Shown: positions 50,301 through 61,074, counted from the stretch's first letter. The stretch: DNA of 64,000 nucleotides from Promethearchaeota archaeon (GCA_048938105.1 JBHLMN010000019.1:32001-96000), one strand, 5' to 3'. The notes: generated by a model from the letters alone, not told the origin. Numbers and translations are program-made.

Positions 50301-53300
50301 CTGTATTGAGAATTCTACAATTAATTCTTCAGGATTAAGAAGTGTGAAATTCATAACAGTAAGGTTAAAGTATTGAGGAGCCGCTCGTATGCAAATCGAG
50401 GGGATATCAATTTGGATGTGATTGAGAAGGCCATTAAATGTCGCATTAAAGAATTCATTATCACTCCGTCCATAGATATCTTGGAAAATTACCTCAAAAA
50501 GATAGGTTCCATTCCAATAATCATGAGCAAATAGAACCTGTGTCTCAAATAACTCTGAAATAGTATTCCAATTGGTAGTTGGTATGATATCAGCTTGATA
50601 TTTAGTGATGTTAAAGCCTTTACTTGGGCTATTACGGACAATTGTAACATTTAACCACCCCATAGCGTAAATCCAAGGAGACCAAAAGTTACTACTTGAG
50701 TTTAAATAATTATACTCTAGTAAAATGTTTCCTTTTTGGTCTAAAATCGTTAAGTTGTGACCTATTAAGAGATCTAATTCTGAGAAGTATAATCGAAACC
50801 TATGAGCGTTTTCTTGGGAAAGGATCACAGTCGTATTTTCAGTACTCAAACTGGGTGAAGTCCACCCTGTAGTATTTGTTAATGTATAGCCCAAAGAGAA
50901 ATTCTGATATGCACGGGGGATTAACCAATTTTCAATAAATTCTTCAATAACTGTTTCACGGGGAAGATTATCATCACTTTGGCAATAGAATTGTGCAAAG
51001 TAACCTCCTGAAGTATGCCTAATTGCGAAAGCATCGGTGTACTCAGAAGTACCAACATAGCTAGCAAACATCTCTCCGACAGACCACTGATCTTTGACAT
51101 ACATGAGATCCTTAGCGCAACTAGAGTACCAAGAAGAAGTCATAGATGGTAAGTATTCGTAAGCTGGAGGTTTTAAACTCATATCATAACTCCATGTCCA
51201 GTCCATTGCTTGTAAATCTAAAAGTTCATCTAATCGATGATCCCAGTAATAAGTACTTCCATCATCTTTTACATATGAAGACCAAGCATAACTACCAGTG
51301 TATATAAGAGCATTACCAGCCTCTAACCATTGTTCAGCATATGATTCATCCCAATAAATCTGTTCAGGAGCAATCTCCAGGATAACGAGTATATCTAAAT
51401 ATCCGTTATCAATACGCTCTACCATCCATGAAATTAACTGATCTTGTTCATTATAATCAAAAAGTGAAACTTCTAATGAATTAATATTGTCTTTCAGGTA
51501 ATTAGCAATTGTTTGTCGTTTCGAAACAGTCAACCAGTTAGGGCCACTAACTGAAGGAGTGAAAATCGCAACCTCTGGAGCGAATGTACCATAATAAACC
51601 TCTTCAATTACCTTGAAATTGGTGCCCAATGGTAAAAAGTTTAGGAATTCCTCAATAACAGCATCACGGGGGAGAGAGTCATCTGGTTTGCAGTAAAACT
51701 GCGCATAATAGCCTCCTGAAGAATGTTTGATGACAAAAGAATCAGAATAATTATCTGAGCGAGCAAAAATCTCTTCAATTTGCCATTCGTTTGTAATATA
51801 ACTAAGATCTTTGCTTAATGCTGAAGACCAAGTGGTACTCATGGATGGTAGCCAAGTATAAGCAGCGGTTGTTGGGGTCATTGCCCTATAATAATCACTA
51901 TCAATATCAGAAGGCAAATCGAGAAGATTGGATAGTTGGCGTTGATTATCGCCCCATCCTGCTCCCGTGGTTATATAGGAATTCCAAGAACTACCTCCTG
52001 TATAGATTAAAGCATTTCCTGCCTCTAACCATTGTTCTGCATAACTCTCATCCCAAAAGATTTGTTCAGGGGCAACATCCAGAATTATAAGAATATTTGT
52101 ATGATTATTAGACATACGTTCGGTCATCCAAGCTATTAGTGCAGACTGTGACATTGAAGTGTAATCGAAAACCGTCACACTCACTGCATCCAAATATTCT
52201 ATTAGGTAAGCTGTAATGGCGTTACGCTCTGTGACTGAGATATAATTGGGACCAGCTATCGAAGAAGCGAAAATGGCCACATCGGGGATCGAGCATTGCT
52301 TGAGAAGCCTAAGATCAACAGTGCTATTTTCAGTATAGTAGTCGGTTGTAGCATTGACTTGGATTAATGTTAATTGATCCTGTAAGATAATCGTCTGATC
52401 TTCTGTTATAATTGGGTCAGTATTAATTAGGATATCATTTATTTCAGCAGGGAATCCATTCACTTGAATATAATGAATAAATAATTGTTCTGGTATAGCT
52501 GGAGTCCAATATTTTTCAGAATCCGTTGCATTGAAGGTTATAGTCCAAGTTCCAAGATGTGCCCAATCAGGGAAAACATAATATCCTTCATAAAGGGTTC
52601 CACTGACCCATAAGAGGGGTACAGTTGTAATATTGCCATATGGATCAGTGAGATAAGCCATAGCGGTTATATCGTTTGAAATATCCTTGTTATCAGTAAT
52701 ATTAGCATATATTGTGAGCGTTTCATTCCGCTTAAACACTTCTAATGTGTTTACTCCAGTATTGTGGAAGTAGGGCCCCTGTTGTAATGTTTCTAATTGT
52801 AAGAAATAAACTGATTGAACTCCCTCTGAATCTGTAATTGTAAGTGTTGCATTCTTATTTCCTATCCAATAACTATCATCAACAAAGATATTAAAGTAAT
52901 AGCAACCATTTGTTGAATTATAGCGTATTATTGGTAAATATCTCATTTGCCACCGATCAATTTCAAAGCCCCAGGCGTTTCCAGTCGTTTTAAGAAGGAG
53001 TGTTAGGTTGACATAATTTGTATAGAACCAGGGAGTCCAAAAATCTGTCACATCGTATGAAATATTGCCTAAGAGGTGGCCAAAGCTGTCAAAGAAGGAT
53101 ACATTATCACCTTGGGCTAGTGTAATATTGTTGAAGTGGAAACGCATGGCAACAACATCGCTCATATTGAAAATCGATGTAAAAGTAGAGGTATAGTTAT
53201 GAGGTGTGGCCACGATTGTTCTATTGTTGATAACATGTGCAAGCTTGGAGTAGAAATAGTTTTCGATGAATTCTTCGATAATTTGGGGGAACTTCAGATC

Positions 53301-56300
53301 ATCGGTTGAAGTTGTCAAGAACTGTGCATAATATCCACCCCTACTCCCTTTTAGAACAAAATTATCATAATAATTACCATCAGAAGACTGAGAAAAAATG
53401 GCATCCCATTTCCAGTCATTACGCAAATAAGTTCGATAAACACAACCTCCAGAAGAAAATAAGTAGGAATCCACAGAAGTTCCCAATGATGGAATGTACT
53501 CTGCTCCTTGTGAAGTAAGATACTGAGAAGTAGTTTGGCGACCCATGTTGTCCGAAGTACCATCCAAAATATAATGTAAGGAGGGAGAATAGTCAGAAAT
53601 ATAGCCAAGAGGAGTGACACTTCTAGAAAATGGACGGTAGCCTACCCAAATTATCATATTTCCTTCATCCATCCACTGTTCTGCTAAAGAGCGATATTCT
53701 GGGTATTCAGAATGGTACAAAATCGTTGGTGTGACATCCAAAAGGATAATAATATCCGATTTGTCATCATTCATTCTGTTAATTATCCAGTTTTCCAGTG
53801 AATCCTGTTGTTGATGGCCGAAGAACTCAATACTGTTTACAGTAAGGTTTTCAGCGAGATAACTAGTTATCTCATCCCTTTCATTTTGATCTAAGTATGT
53901 ATATGCTGTTGTACAATTAAACACAGCAACATCTGGTAAGTGAATAGTTTTCATGATCGGATTTGCCACTTCTTGTACAAACCAATTTTCAATAAACTCC
54001 CCAAGGACTTTATGTCTGTCAAGACAGTCATCATAGGATATCAATAATTGAATGTAATAGCCTCCATTTTCATGCTGAAGTACATGGCTATCACTATATC
54101 GGTGATCACTAGTATACATATTGAATTGAGCATGTGTGGACCATTGAGAACCTAACCAGCTAGAATGATCAATATATGAATTTCCTCGACCATAATATGA
54201 TCTTAAACTCGGAAGTGTCGTTGAAACATATTCTAAAGGTATAGTCCAATAAGAATTTCCACCCAAACTTGATGTGGTTCCATCAATAACATAATATAAA
54301 CCTCTACCGTTTGAATATGTACTTCCACCAGATGAGGTATAATAATAAAATGGTTGATACCCTGTCCATAGAATGCTGTTTCCTGCTTCTAGCCATTGTT
54401 CTGCTAGTGAACCATCAGATTGATAAGCCCAAACATTACTTGGCACTTGATCCATGAAGATAACGAGATCATTTTCTCCATCATTTAAGCGTTCAGTCAT
54501 CCAGGATACAAATACATCTTGTTGATCGTAATCTAGGATTGTAATTATTACATTCTCAAGATTCTCAGTTAAATATGAACATATTTCAGCTCTTTCTTCC
54601 AATGATATCCAGCCATTAGGGTTTGAGGAATTGAATATCAATACCTGAATAGGCTCGTATTTATCGATTTCTAGCGTTAAACTCATATCACTTATATCTG
54701 AGTCATCGTCAGCTACATTGAACTGTAATTCCAATTCCTCATCTTGGTCAATTGTTATTGTGGCTCCTGTATCAATTATAGTGTTATTTTGCTTTATTTC
54801 AGTCAATTCTGGACTTTGACCTAACAAATTAAGGGTAGTATAACCACATTCACTCCAAGGAGTCCAATGGTGGTTCTTATAACCAGTAAATATCACTCTC
54901 CAGGTTCCTATTGGTTCAGTTTCATTAAAAATAATCGTCCCTCGATAATTTGTTCCAGATTCGTGAGATAAAATCATCTCTATCTGAGAATGATCAGGAG
55001 CAATTAAAATCGCTACCATTTCAGCATTTTCCACACTGGCTACCCATGAAGATCCATCTATCCATAACTCAAGTGTCTGGTTGATTCTAAAGAGCTGTGT
55101 GGAATTAATGTTGTAGTTATTTATTTTAGGAGCTAATGAAATCCCTGAATAGGATATCCCAAAAGAGCCTTCGAGGTGATCATAATTTTGAGTAATTAAT
55201 ACAATCGATCGGTTACCCAATAGCTGATTTTTAGTTAAAGTTAGATTAATTTCAAAATTACCATTAGAGGAAGAGTATCTAAGTTGGGGAATGATAATGG
55301 TTTCAACTTGATCAATAATATAACCCCAACTGCCAGAATTGTTTGTTAACGTGATATTAAGATAGGCTTGATTATACCAAGGAGTCCAAAAGTTGCTTTG
55401 AGAATCTGAGTAATTTGCTAAAAGATTACCATTAACACCAGATATTATTAAGAAATCACCTACATTTAAAGTTAAATTACTGAAAAAAAGTCGTGTTTTT
55501 AGAGTATTTGTGTTTGTATAGTTGAGGATCTTTTGGATAGGTTCAGTGTATGTCCCCGTATGGTCAGTTTCAAATCCTGTATAATTAGCCATAGTATGGA
55601 GATAAGAACGATATAGCCAATTTTCGATGAATTCTTCAATTAATGTTCCACAATTAAGGTTATTAAAGATAAAAGAGGATGATGTTAATAGTTGAACATA
55701 AGCACCTCCGTTTTTGTGCTTAATACAGAAACTATCATAATATTTATAGGTCCATAATTGTTCCTCTTGAGAAAATACCTCAGAAAGCCACCAATCCTCT
55801 GTTAGGTGATAAGGAGACAACATACCATTTGCTTGGTAGCTAAAAGGAAGGCTGGGTAAATATTTCATTCCATATGCTGTTTGTTGGATATAATTATAGC
55901 CATATCTCCCAGCACCTGTGTTGGTGGCATCAATTACATCGTAGAAACCATTATAATAACTAGAAATTGACCCTGAGTCACTGATATAATAGTAAAATCC
56001 AAAATAACCCATGAAAATAATCATATTGCCGTTCTCAAGCCATTCTTCTGCTATCGACCCGTCTTCCTCTCCTTTCCAGATTAATTCAGGAAAAACATCT
56101 ATGATGATCAGAATATCGAGATGATTATCATATAATCGTGATTTCATCCATGACAACAATTCAGTTTGCCTAGAATAATTAAAACATGAAATACTTTGAG
56201 CAGTTAAGTTTTCCATCACATACGAGACGATTTTCATACGGTTGGCTTCAGAAATATAAGAGGAGCGGGAAGCATTAAAAATAGCAATCTCTGGTAATCT

Positions 56301-59300
56301 GGAAGGAATTACTAATGAATCTTCAATAGCATTAATAATGTGGTAATCGTTGATGTAATTTTCAATGGCCTCTTTTCGTGGGATAATGTCATCTGTTATG
56401 AATAATTGGACATAATGACCTCCATTTACATGAGTCAAAATGAAACTATCAGTATAATAAAGGTTATTCTCCTGAGAGGTCAAAGGAAGTTCTAAAGACC
56501 AATCTCCAATGAGATATGATCGACAGATCTCCCCTTCTCCATGATATTGAACATTAGTATTAAAGAGAGTCGCTCCAAAGTCAGTTGATATTTCTGTACC
56601 TGAAAATCTCCCCAAATTAGAATCTGTGGAATCAAATACATCACCAAAGCCATTTAGACCTCCACTTCTAATTTTCCCAGAGTCAAAGATGATCTGAGAA
56701 AAAGCTGGCATTCCTGTATAAATAATTGTATTACCGTTTTCAAGCCATTTTTCTGCTAATGAATCATCCTTTTCAGTATTGTATAGCAGTGCTGGCACTT
56801 GGTCCAGTAGTACAAGTATATCATCTTCCTCATCGTAAAGATTAGCATTTATCCAATCAACAAGTATATTTTGCTGATAATAGTCTACTACCAAAGCACT
56901 CTTATAGGCCACATTTGTCAGTAAATATTCTGTAATGTTTTTTCTGTCGTTTAAGGTGATCCAACCAGATGCAGCAGATGAATTAAATATTGCTATATCA
57001 GGAATAGTTTGAAAGATAATGTTTAGCTCAATATCTTCCATATTCTCCTGATAATCAGATATAATTCCTGTAATATTGAAATTACCTCCTTGAGTAAGAT
57101 CAAAAACCTGGCCTTCTACTAGAGTTCCATTGAGATATACTGAAGTGAATTTTGGTTGATGTCCTTTTACTGTTAAAACAGTGCTCTGCAAATCTGTAGA
57201 AGTTAACCAGTCAGTGTCTTTCGCATGAAATGTCACGGTCCAATTACCAATCTGGTCTGTTTTATTGAATTCAATTGTATTTTCGAACTGAGTACCACCA
57301 ATCCATGTTAAAGGCAACTCTATAGTTCTATACGTTATTGGTTCTTCTAAAATCGCCCAAACGTCAATATTTATACCATCTTGGATATCAGAGGCCACTG
57401 CTCCTATTAATACAGATTCATTATACTTAAAGATTGAGGTTGTGTTTAGATATCCAGATATTATAGTAGGTTCTTGAGAATTGATGTTGAAATCAAACTT
57501 AAATGTATCCTTTAACCCCTCATCATCAGTAATAGTGATTAAAGCTGTTAAATTTCCTATTAAGGAATGATCAAAGAAGTTAAAATCAAACCAATGTTGA
57601 CCATTTGAAGAATTGTATAAAATAACTCCATTCCTATTTACTTCTACACAATCGATTGAATACCCCCAGCTTACATCAGACATCAGACTAATGTTGATGT
57701 AAGATGTTGAAAACCAAGGTGTCCAGAAATCGGTTCGTGAATCAGAAAGTTCGTACAAAACTGAACCAAATTCATCAGAGATACTGATGTTGTCTCCGTT
57801 ACTCAATGTTATATTATCAAAATGGATCCTCATTTCTCTAGCATGAGTAATATTGATAATATGATGTTCATAAGTGGGAGGAGAGTGGGAACTTGCAATC
57901 TGAACTCCTTTCTGGTAATGATTTTCAATATATGGCCAATTCTGAATGAATTCATTCAATACTACTGCTCGTGGAAGATTAGAATCACTACTAACGTAGA
58001 ATTGGGCGTATATTCCCCCATTTATGTGTTGTAGGGCAAAGCTATCACTATAGACAACATATGATGATACTAGATCTGATGAAGAGGTAAACTCAAGTGG
58101 GAAGTCCCAGTTTGTTCCATAATATTGTATATAACCTGCTCCGCCATTACTATAATGAGTTTTCTCCCCTATTGATGTTCCCATTGATGGAAGAAACTGT
58201 GCTCCAAGGGGGGTTAAAGATTGATCGCAACCAACTCTTTGACTTGAACTTGCATTCAAGACATACTGTAAACCGGAATAATAACCTCCTGCAGTGGAGC
58301 CAGTTGTTGTTAAATAGTAGTAAAACGGTTGATATCCCGTCCAAATAATACTATTACCTGTAGATAACCATTGTTCAGCTAAACTACCATCTCCTTGGCC
58401 AGAATATAAGAATTGGGGAGTATAATCAAAAATGAGAAGTAAATCATTCCGTTCATCATCTATCCGTTCTTGAATCCAGGATTGAAACTCTGTTTGTTGG
58501 GAATAATTGAAACTAAAAGAATTTCCAGGATATTGGGCCATAATATAAGATGTTATCTCAATTTCTTCATTAAGAGTCACCCATCCTGTAGCAGAAGAAG
58601 TGTTGAAAATGGCCAGATCTCCAAGAAATTGGGGGGTTTGGGCTTTTAATTGTGATAGAATATGGGTAGTATACCAATTGTTCAAATATTCGGAAATAAC
58701 GTCACCTCTTGGTAAATTATTATCACTAGAAATGTAAAATTGAGCATAACTACCTTTACTTACATGTTCCAAAACATAATTATCATAATATGAATAGCTA
58801 CTATAAGGATATTTGGAAAATTTTGCCTCCCAATTCCAAGGATCAGAAAATATGTCAATGCCTTTATGATGCGAACAACCATATGAATAATAGAGATATT
58901 GACCTGCTATTGATCCCATGGAAGGTAAATACTGCTGTCCTTCGGGAGTTAGATATTGCTCATAACCATAATCTCCTAACCTATCTCGTCGAACGCCATT
59001 TGAATCTAGTATGTATTGTAATTGATCGTTATAGAAACCTGATATAGAACCAAATGATGTAATGTAATAACTAAAAGGATAATACCCCGTGAATAGTAAT
59101 CCATTACCATTTTCCAACCATAACTCTATTAAAGAATCCTCTTCTTTTAATTCCCAAATATCGTATGGAATATAGTCCATTAATATTAATACATCTGGAA
59201 ATCCATTTTCTAATTTCGATTCCATCCATTCTTTTAGTTGTGTTTGTTCATAATAGTTATAGCAGGTGATATTCTTTGCTTGTACATTATTGATTATTGT

Positions 59301-60710
59301 TGCTGCAATATTTGTTTGAGTCTCAACGGTTAACCATAGATTGTAGACTGATGTGTTGAATATAGCGATTTCTATGTCATCAAGAGGTATTTGAATATCG
59401 ACAGCAACACTAAGATTTTTACTTGCTGCTTCATCATCCAAGGTAGTAATTTCAAGGGTAACCGAGTCACCTTGATCAATAGGAACGGTTGAATATTCTT
59501 CGACTAATGATCCATTCAGGGATACTTCTGTTATCGTTGGTGCTGTTGCTGTGATCTTAGCTGGAATTTTTCCGATAGTTAATGGTTCTTTTTGATGAAT
59601 ATTCTCCCCTACCAAAGATGGTACTTTGGTGTAGGAAATTATCTCCTTTCCTTTTGTTTCTACATGGAAAGGATTCATAATTACCTGATAAAATGATTTT
59701 ATTATATGTTCGAGAATGGTTTCTTCCGCTGGGATTTCCTCTGGGGGTAATTTCTTCAATACTTCTAATGCCCAATAGGTTGCCTCTATTGAGCCTTCGT
59801 CTCTTCTATACGTATTTATTTTATCACTAAATCCCCCTATTTCGTCTTGTTTATCAAGTACTATTGATCTCAAATTAGAATTCATGATATCGAGAATTTT
59901 AGGGTTTTCTTCTTCTAGAATTACTAATCGATGGTAAATTTCCTTGTTTGAGAGTTTCAATACCTTTTTGGAGGTTGATAACTCTTTTTTTATGCTATTG
60001 ATTAATGAATCTGTTATAAATTCTCTCTCTCCTTCTTCTTCTTCAAGCATCTTCAAACTTTCTAAAGCGTAATAAATATCTGAAACAGTTAGATTTTCCT
60101 TTTTATTCTCTATCCATTCATTTACATAGAAATTCAAAAGAATGGGTGAAATTAGACTTTTCAGTTCTTTAATTTGGGAATAGAGTTGTGTAATTAAATA
60201 TAATTCTTTAAAATCATAGGTATATGATCCAAATTTCATGTAGGTATCCTTTGCAAATTCAGCTATCTTCAATCTAATATCCTGATCTTGCCCATTAGTG
60301 GTCTTTTGCTCCAAACGAAATAATGATTCTAGTTGATACCCCCAATACATTGATTCCAATGTTTGGTGTCCATCATAAAACGTATAGAGATCATAACCGT
60401 TGGAGCTAGTCACTTCTTGCAGAAAATTACTTATGATTAGTTGTAGTTCATATTGAGAGATTTCTCCAAGTTTCCCTACGTTGTAACCCATATATGTACT
60501 CCTTGCATCAGCTAAGTAGTTATGTGGAGGGTTGGCAATTCCTCCTGTTGAAGCTATTGATCGATAGAACACATTCTGAAGTCCTTGAAGGTTTATTTCA
60601 GATAAAGGATCAGCTTTCCTTGGAATAGAAATATTATTCAAGGTGATAACGACCGATAGTACGAACAGTGATAGGAAAAAACTATTTTTCATTAATGATC
60701 TTCTTTTCAT
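47370..60710 (-). CDS. Giant (4446 aa) type-I membrane surface protein with repeated novel alpha/beta, CUB-like and Ig-like domains
   Basis: Signal peptide, prenyltransferase-like helical repeats, four super-repeats, Ig-like stalk (D.TPP.L.I..P), one C-terminal TM helix and a short acidic tail. Confidence 0.88.
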   Translation of the reverse strand: MKRRSLMKNSFFLSLFVLSVVITLNNISIPRKADPLSEINLQGLQNVFYRSIASTGGIANPPHNYLADARSTYMGYNVGKLGEISQYELQLIISNFLQEVTSSNGYDLYTFYDGHQTLESMYWGYQLESLFRLEQKTTNGQDQDIRLKIAEFAKDTYMKFGSYTYDFKELYLITQLYSQIKELKSLISPILLNFYVNEWIENKKENLTVSDIYYALESLKMLEEEEGEREFITDSLINSIKKELSTSKKVLKLSNKEIYHRLVILEEENPKILDIMNSNLRSIVLDKQDEIGGFSDKINTYRRDEGSIEATYWALEVLKKLPPEEIPAEETILEHIIKSFYQVIMNPFHVETKGKEIISYTKVPSLVGENIHQKEPLTIGKIPAKITATAPTITEVSLNGSLVEEYSTVPIDQGDSVTLEITTLDDEAASKNLSVAVDIQIPLDDIEIAIFNTSVYNLWLTVETQTNIAATIINNVQAKNITCYNYYEQTQLKEWMESKLENGFPDVLILMDYIPYDIWELKEEDSLIELWLENGNGLLFTGYYPFSYYITSFGSISGFYNDQLQYILDSNGVRRDRLGDYGYEQYLTPEGQQYLPSMGSIAGQYLYYSYGCSHHKGIDIFSDPWNWEAKFSKYPYSSYSYYDNYVLEHVSKGSYAQFYISSDNNLPRGDVISEYLNNWYTTHILSQLKAQTPQFLGDLAIFNTSSATGWVTLNEEIEITSYIMAQYPGNSFSFNYSQQTEFQSWIQERIDDERNDLLLIFDYTPQFLYSGQGDGSLAEQWLSTGNSIIWTGYQPFYYYLTTTGSTAGGYYSGLQYVLNASSSQRVGCDQSLTPLGAQFLPSMGTSIGEKTHYSNGGAGYIQYYGTNWDFPLEFTSSSDLVSSYVVYSDSFALQHINGGIYAQFYVSSDSNLPRAVVLNEFIQNWPYIENHYQKGVQIASSHSPPTYEHHIINITHAREMRIHFDNITLSNGDNISISDEFGSVLYELSDSRTDFWTPWFSTSYINISLMSDVSWGYSIDCVEVNRNGVILYNSSNGQHWFDFNFFDHSLIGNLTALITITDDEGLKDTFKFDFNINSQEPTIISGYLNTTSIFKYNESVLIGAVASDIQDGINIDVWAILEEPITYRTIELPLTWIGGTQFENTIEFNKTDQIGNWTVTFHAKDTDWLTSTDLQSTVLTVKGHQPKFTSVYLNGTLVEGQVFDLTQGGNFNITGIISDYQENMEDIELNIIFQTIPDIAIFNSSAASGWITLNDRKNITEYLLTNVAYKSALVVDYYQQNILVDWINANLYDEEDDILVLLDQVPALLYNTEKDDSLAEKWLENGNTIIYTGMPAFSQIIFDSGKIRSGGLNGFGDVFDSTDSNLGRFSGTEISTDFGATLFNTNVQYHGEGEICRSYLIGDWSLELPLTSQENNLYYTDSFILTHVNGGHYVQLFITDDIIPRKEAIENYINDYHIINAIEDSLVIPSRLPEIAIFNASRSSYISEANRMKIVSYVMENLTAQSISCFNYSRQTELLSWMKSRLYDNHLDILIIIDVFPELIWKGEEDGSIAEEWLENGNMIIFMGYFGFYYYISDSGSISSYYNGFYDVIDATNTGAGRYGYNYIQQTAYGMKYLPSLPFSYQANGMLSPYHLTEDWWLSEVFSQEEQLWTYKYYDSFCIKHKNGGAYVQLLTSSSFIFNNLNCGTLIEEFIENWLYRSYLHTMANYTGFETDHTGTYTEPIQKILNYTNTNTLKTRLFFSNLTLNVGDFLIISGVNGNLLANYSDSQSNFWTPWYNQAYLNITLTNNSGSWGYIIDQVETIIIPQLRYSSSNGNFEINLTLTKNQLLGNRSIVLITQNYDHLEGSFGISYSGISLAPKINNYNINSTQLFRINQTLELWIDGSSWVASVENAEMVAILIAPDHSQIEMILSHESGTNYRGTIIFNETEPIGTWRVIFTGYKNHHWTPWSECGYTTLNLLGQSPELTEIKQNNTIIDTGATITIDQDEELELQFNVADDDSDISDMSLTLEIDKYEPIQVLIFNSSNPNGWISLEERAEICSYLTENLENVIITILDYDQQDVFVSWMTERLNDGENDLVIFMDQVPSNVWAYQSDGSLAEQWLEAGNSILWTGYQPFYYYTSSGGSTYSNGRGLYYVIDGTTSSLGGNSYWTIPLEYVSTTLPSLRSYYGRGNSYIDHSSWLGSQWSTHAQFNMYTSDHRYSDSHVLQHENGGYYIQLLISYDDCLDRHKVLGEFIENWFVQEVANPIMKTIHLPDVAVFNCTTAYTYLDQNERDEITSYLAENLTVNSIEFFGHQQQDSLENWIINRMNDDKSDIIILLDVTPTILYHSEYPEYRSLAEQWMDEGNMIIWVGYRPFSRSVTPLGYISDYSPSLHYILDGTSDNMGRQTTSQYLTSQGAEYIPSLGTSVDSYLFSSGGCVYRTYLRNDWKWDAIFSQSSDGNYYDNFVLKGSRGGYYAQFLTTSTDDLKFPQIIEEFIENYFYSKLAHVINNRTIVATPHNYTSTFTSIFNMSDVVAMRFHFNNITLAQGDNVSFFDSFGHLLGNISYDVTDFWTPWFYTNYVNLTLLLKTTGNAWGFEIDRWQMRYLPIIRYNSTNGCYYFNIFVDDSYWIGNKNATLTITDSEGVQSVYFLQLETLQQGPYFHNTGVNTLEVFKRNETLTIYANITDNKDISNDITAMAYLTDPYGNITTVPLLWVSGTLYEGYYVFPDWAHLGTWTITFNATDSEKYWTPAIPEQLFIHYIQVNGFPAEINDILINTDPIITEDQTIILQDQLTLIQVNATTDYYTENSTVDLRLLKQCSIPDVAIFASSIAGPNYISVTERNAITAYLIEYLDAVSVTVFDYTSMSQSALIAWMTERMSNNHTNILIILDVAPEQIFWDESYAEQWLEAGNALIYTGGSSWNSYITTGAGWGDNQRQLSNLLDLPSDIDSDYYRAMTPTTAAYTWLPSMSTTWSSALSKDLSYITNEWQIEEIFARSDNYSDSFVIKHSSGGYYAQFYCKPDDSLPRDAVIEEFLNFLPLGTNFKVIEEVYYGTFAPEVAIFTPSVSGPNWLTVSKRQTIANYLKDNINSLEVSLFDYNEQDQLISWMVERIDNGYLDILVILEIAPEQIYWDESYAEQWLEAGNALIYTGSYAWSSYVKDDGSTYYWDHRLDELLDLQAMDWTWSYDMSLKPPAYEYLPSMTSSWYSSCAKDLMYVKDQWSVGEMFASYVGTSEYTDAFAIRHTSGGYFAQFYCQSDDNLPRETVIEEFIENWLIPRAYQNFSLGYTLTNTTGWTSPSLSTENTTVILSQENAHRFRLYFSELDLLIGHNLTILDQKGNILLEYNYLNSSSNFWSPWIYAMGWLNVTIVRNSPSKGFNITKYQADIIPTTNWNTISELFETQVLFAHDYWNGTYLFEVIFQDIYGRSDNEFFNATFNGLLNHIQIDIPSICIRAAPQYFNLTVMNFTLLNPEELIVEFSIQRPNGSWNYQLAEVVPGTDLFVATYLFEVLQDPMGFYDVYVNVTSTDGQITTYFKVGTFEMINAAPFIHELLYSSFYIDTYESQTFTLNTSDAEDLVKTNLIISAHLILPSGVQEIIVFTYYPSTDLFNSSYTFITDGPYGQVFIYINVTDTDGATSYYQDWFVYGSIPPNITLVKIIDDNNDVVDESLGSYPFTVLVEVYDPDNTTHIGYVLAITEDETVLNVSITLDTINGDYTYYLADFSSLPDSVIDNELIRMAAYISDYYTLSNTNGSFVIYIPSIIYPINHSAINQRPFQLTWNGNEPLTTLSYFEVWVDGIWDHTLSITGDIVDQTSLTLNQGMYNISLIAFDQFGNNLSSMINVTIDLTPPSLTILDPVPMFNTTESTVLVNWTASDDYTGLTNFTLSYDAIFLSFDPSTIQYELSLVEGRYDLYLIAWDKAGNNNTAIITLTRDTTQPSISITHPSNNTYQNTSSLLIQWIGLDYQTGIHHYEVYVDASFIDTFKATNTSHQHDFLDGLHNTTIIAFDYMGWSSTTFHSFWIDTQPPDLSVSPSVKNYFTSDTTLSILWAASDAVGSITVYLYIDGNQSILTISPSDVTLSEGNHTIRIVARDQAQNENSTTFWVYVDTTFPVINAYRIVTNSSTYNYFWDAFDLQSGLNQTEIYVNGTLYHTLYGSGTSITFTDFNEGYYVIRINVFNNAGLNVSVTANYYVDFTPPVVRVSGVSDNDFLVGQISISCNVDDLTQTNISISINGETFYPDSWDGTHAEFSIDTTDIDDDHYTLRVNVIDEVGHHTLKDFDVAIDNDKANIRSFEHDPSTPTHTDNVTVSVTIYDAVGIDESSVILYWKLDSEDEWHNITMTLVTSSDTEWEFEAVIPPQAQGEEILYYITVTDLQERVTESDEESYVVEETPPDVLGPLIGAAIIIGILGALAGAGIYFGPRYIKPLIQKQLEKAQEAKTEEVKTRIDDLFDFEVEE
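50420..59540 (-). repeat. Four ~2.36-kb coding super-repeats, each with two copies of a ~225-aa domain
   Basis: Domain starts (xAIFN-like) at ~59370/58620, 57005/56295, 54650/53935 and 52285/51580; recurrent SLAEQWLExGN.IIxTG, GGxYAQF and LPRxxVIxEFIxNW. Confidence 0.85.
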
Positions 60711-61074
60711 AATTTAACACCAAAATTCTTTCAATAATTTTCAATCTGTATAATTTATGTGGTGGATAACACAATATTAGATGAGATCTCTACGTTTATT
60801 AAGATGAGAATCATTTTATCTTCCCTAAGTAAATGATTCAAGTTTTATTTTCCATCTACTAATTACTCCCACTAGAGGAACAGTTTTTTTCGGCATTTAG
60901 GAGGAAATTATGGTTCGAATAATATAACTAAATACTATAAAAGACTTTAAAAGCTTTTTTCAATGGTATTAAAAGAATGAACACATTACTTTTGATTAAA
61001 CAATCATATTATATTATTTAATAGACTCAATAACAGTATGAAACTCTTTCTAGATAGTATTTTTATTAGAGAGA

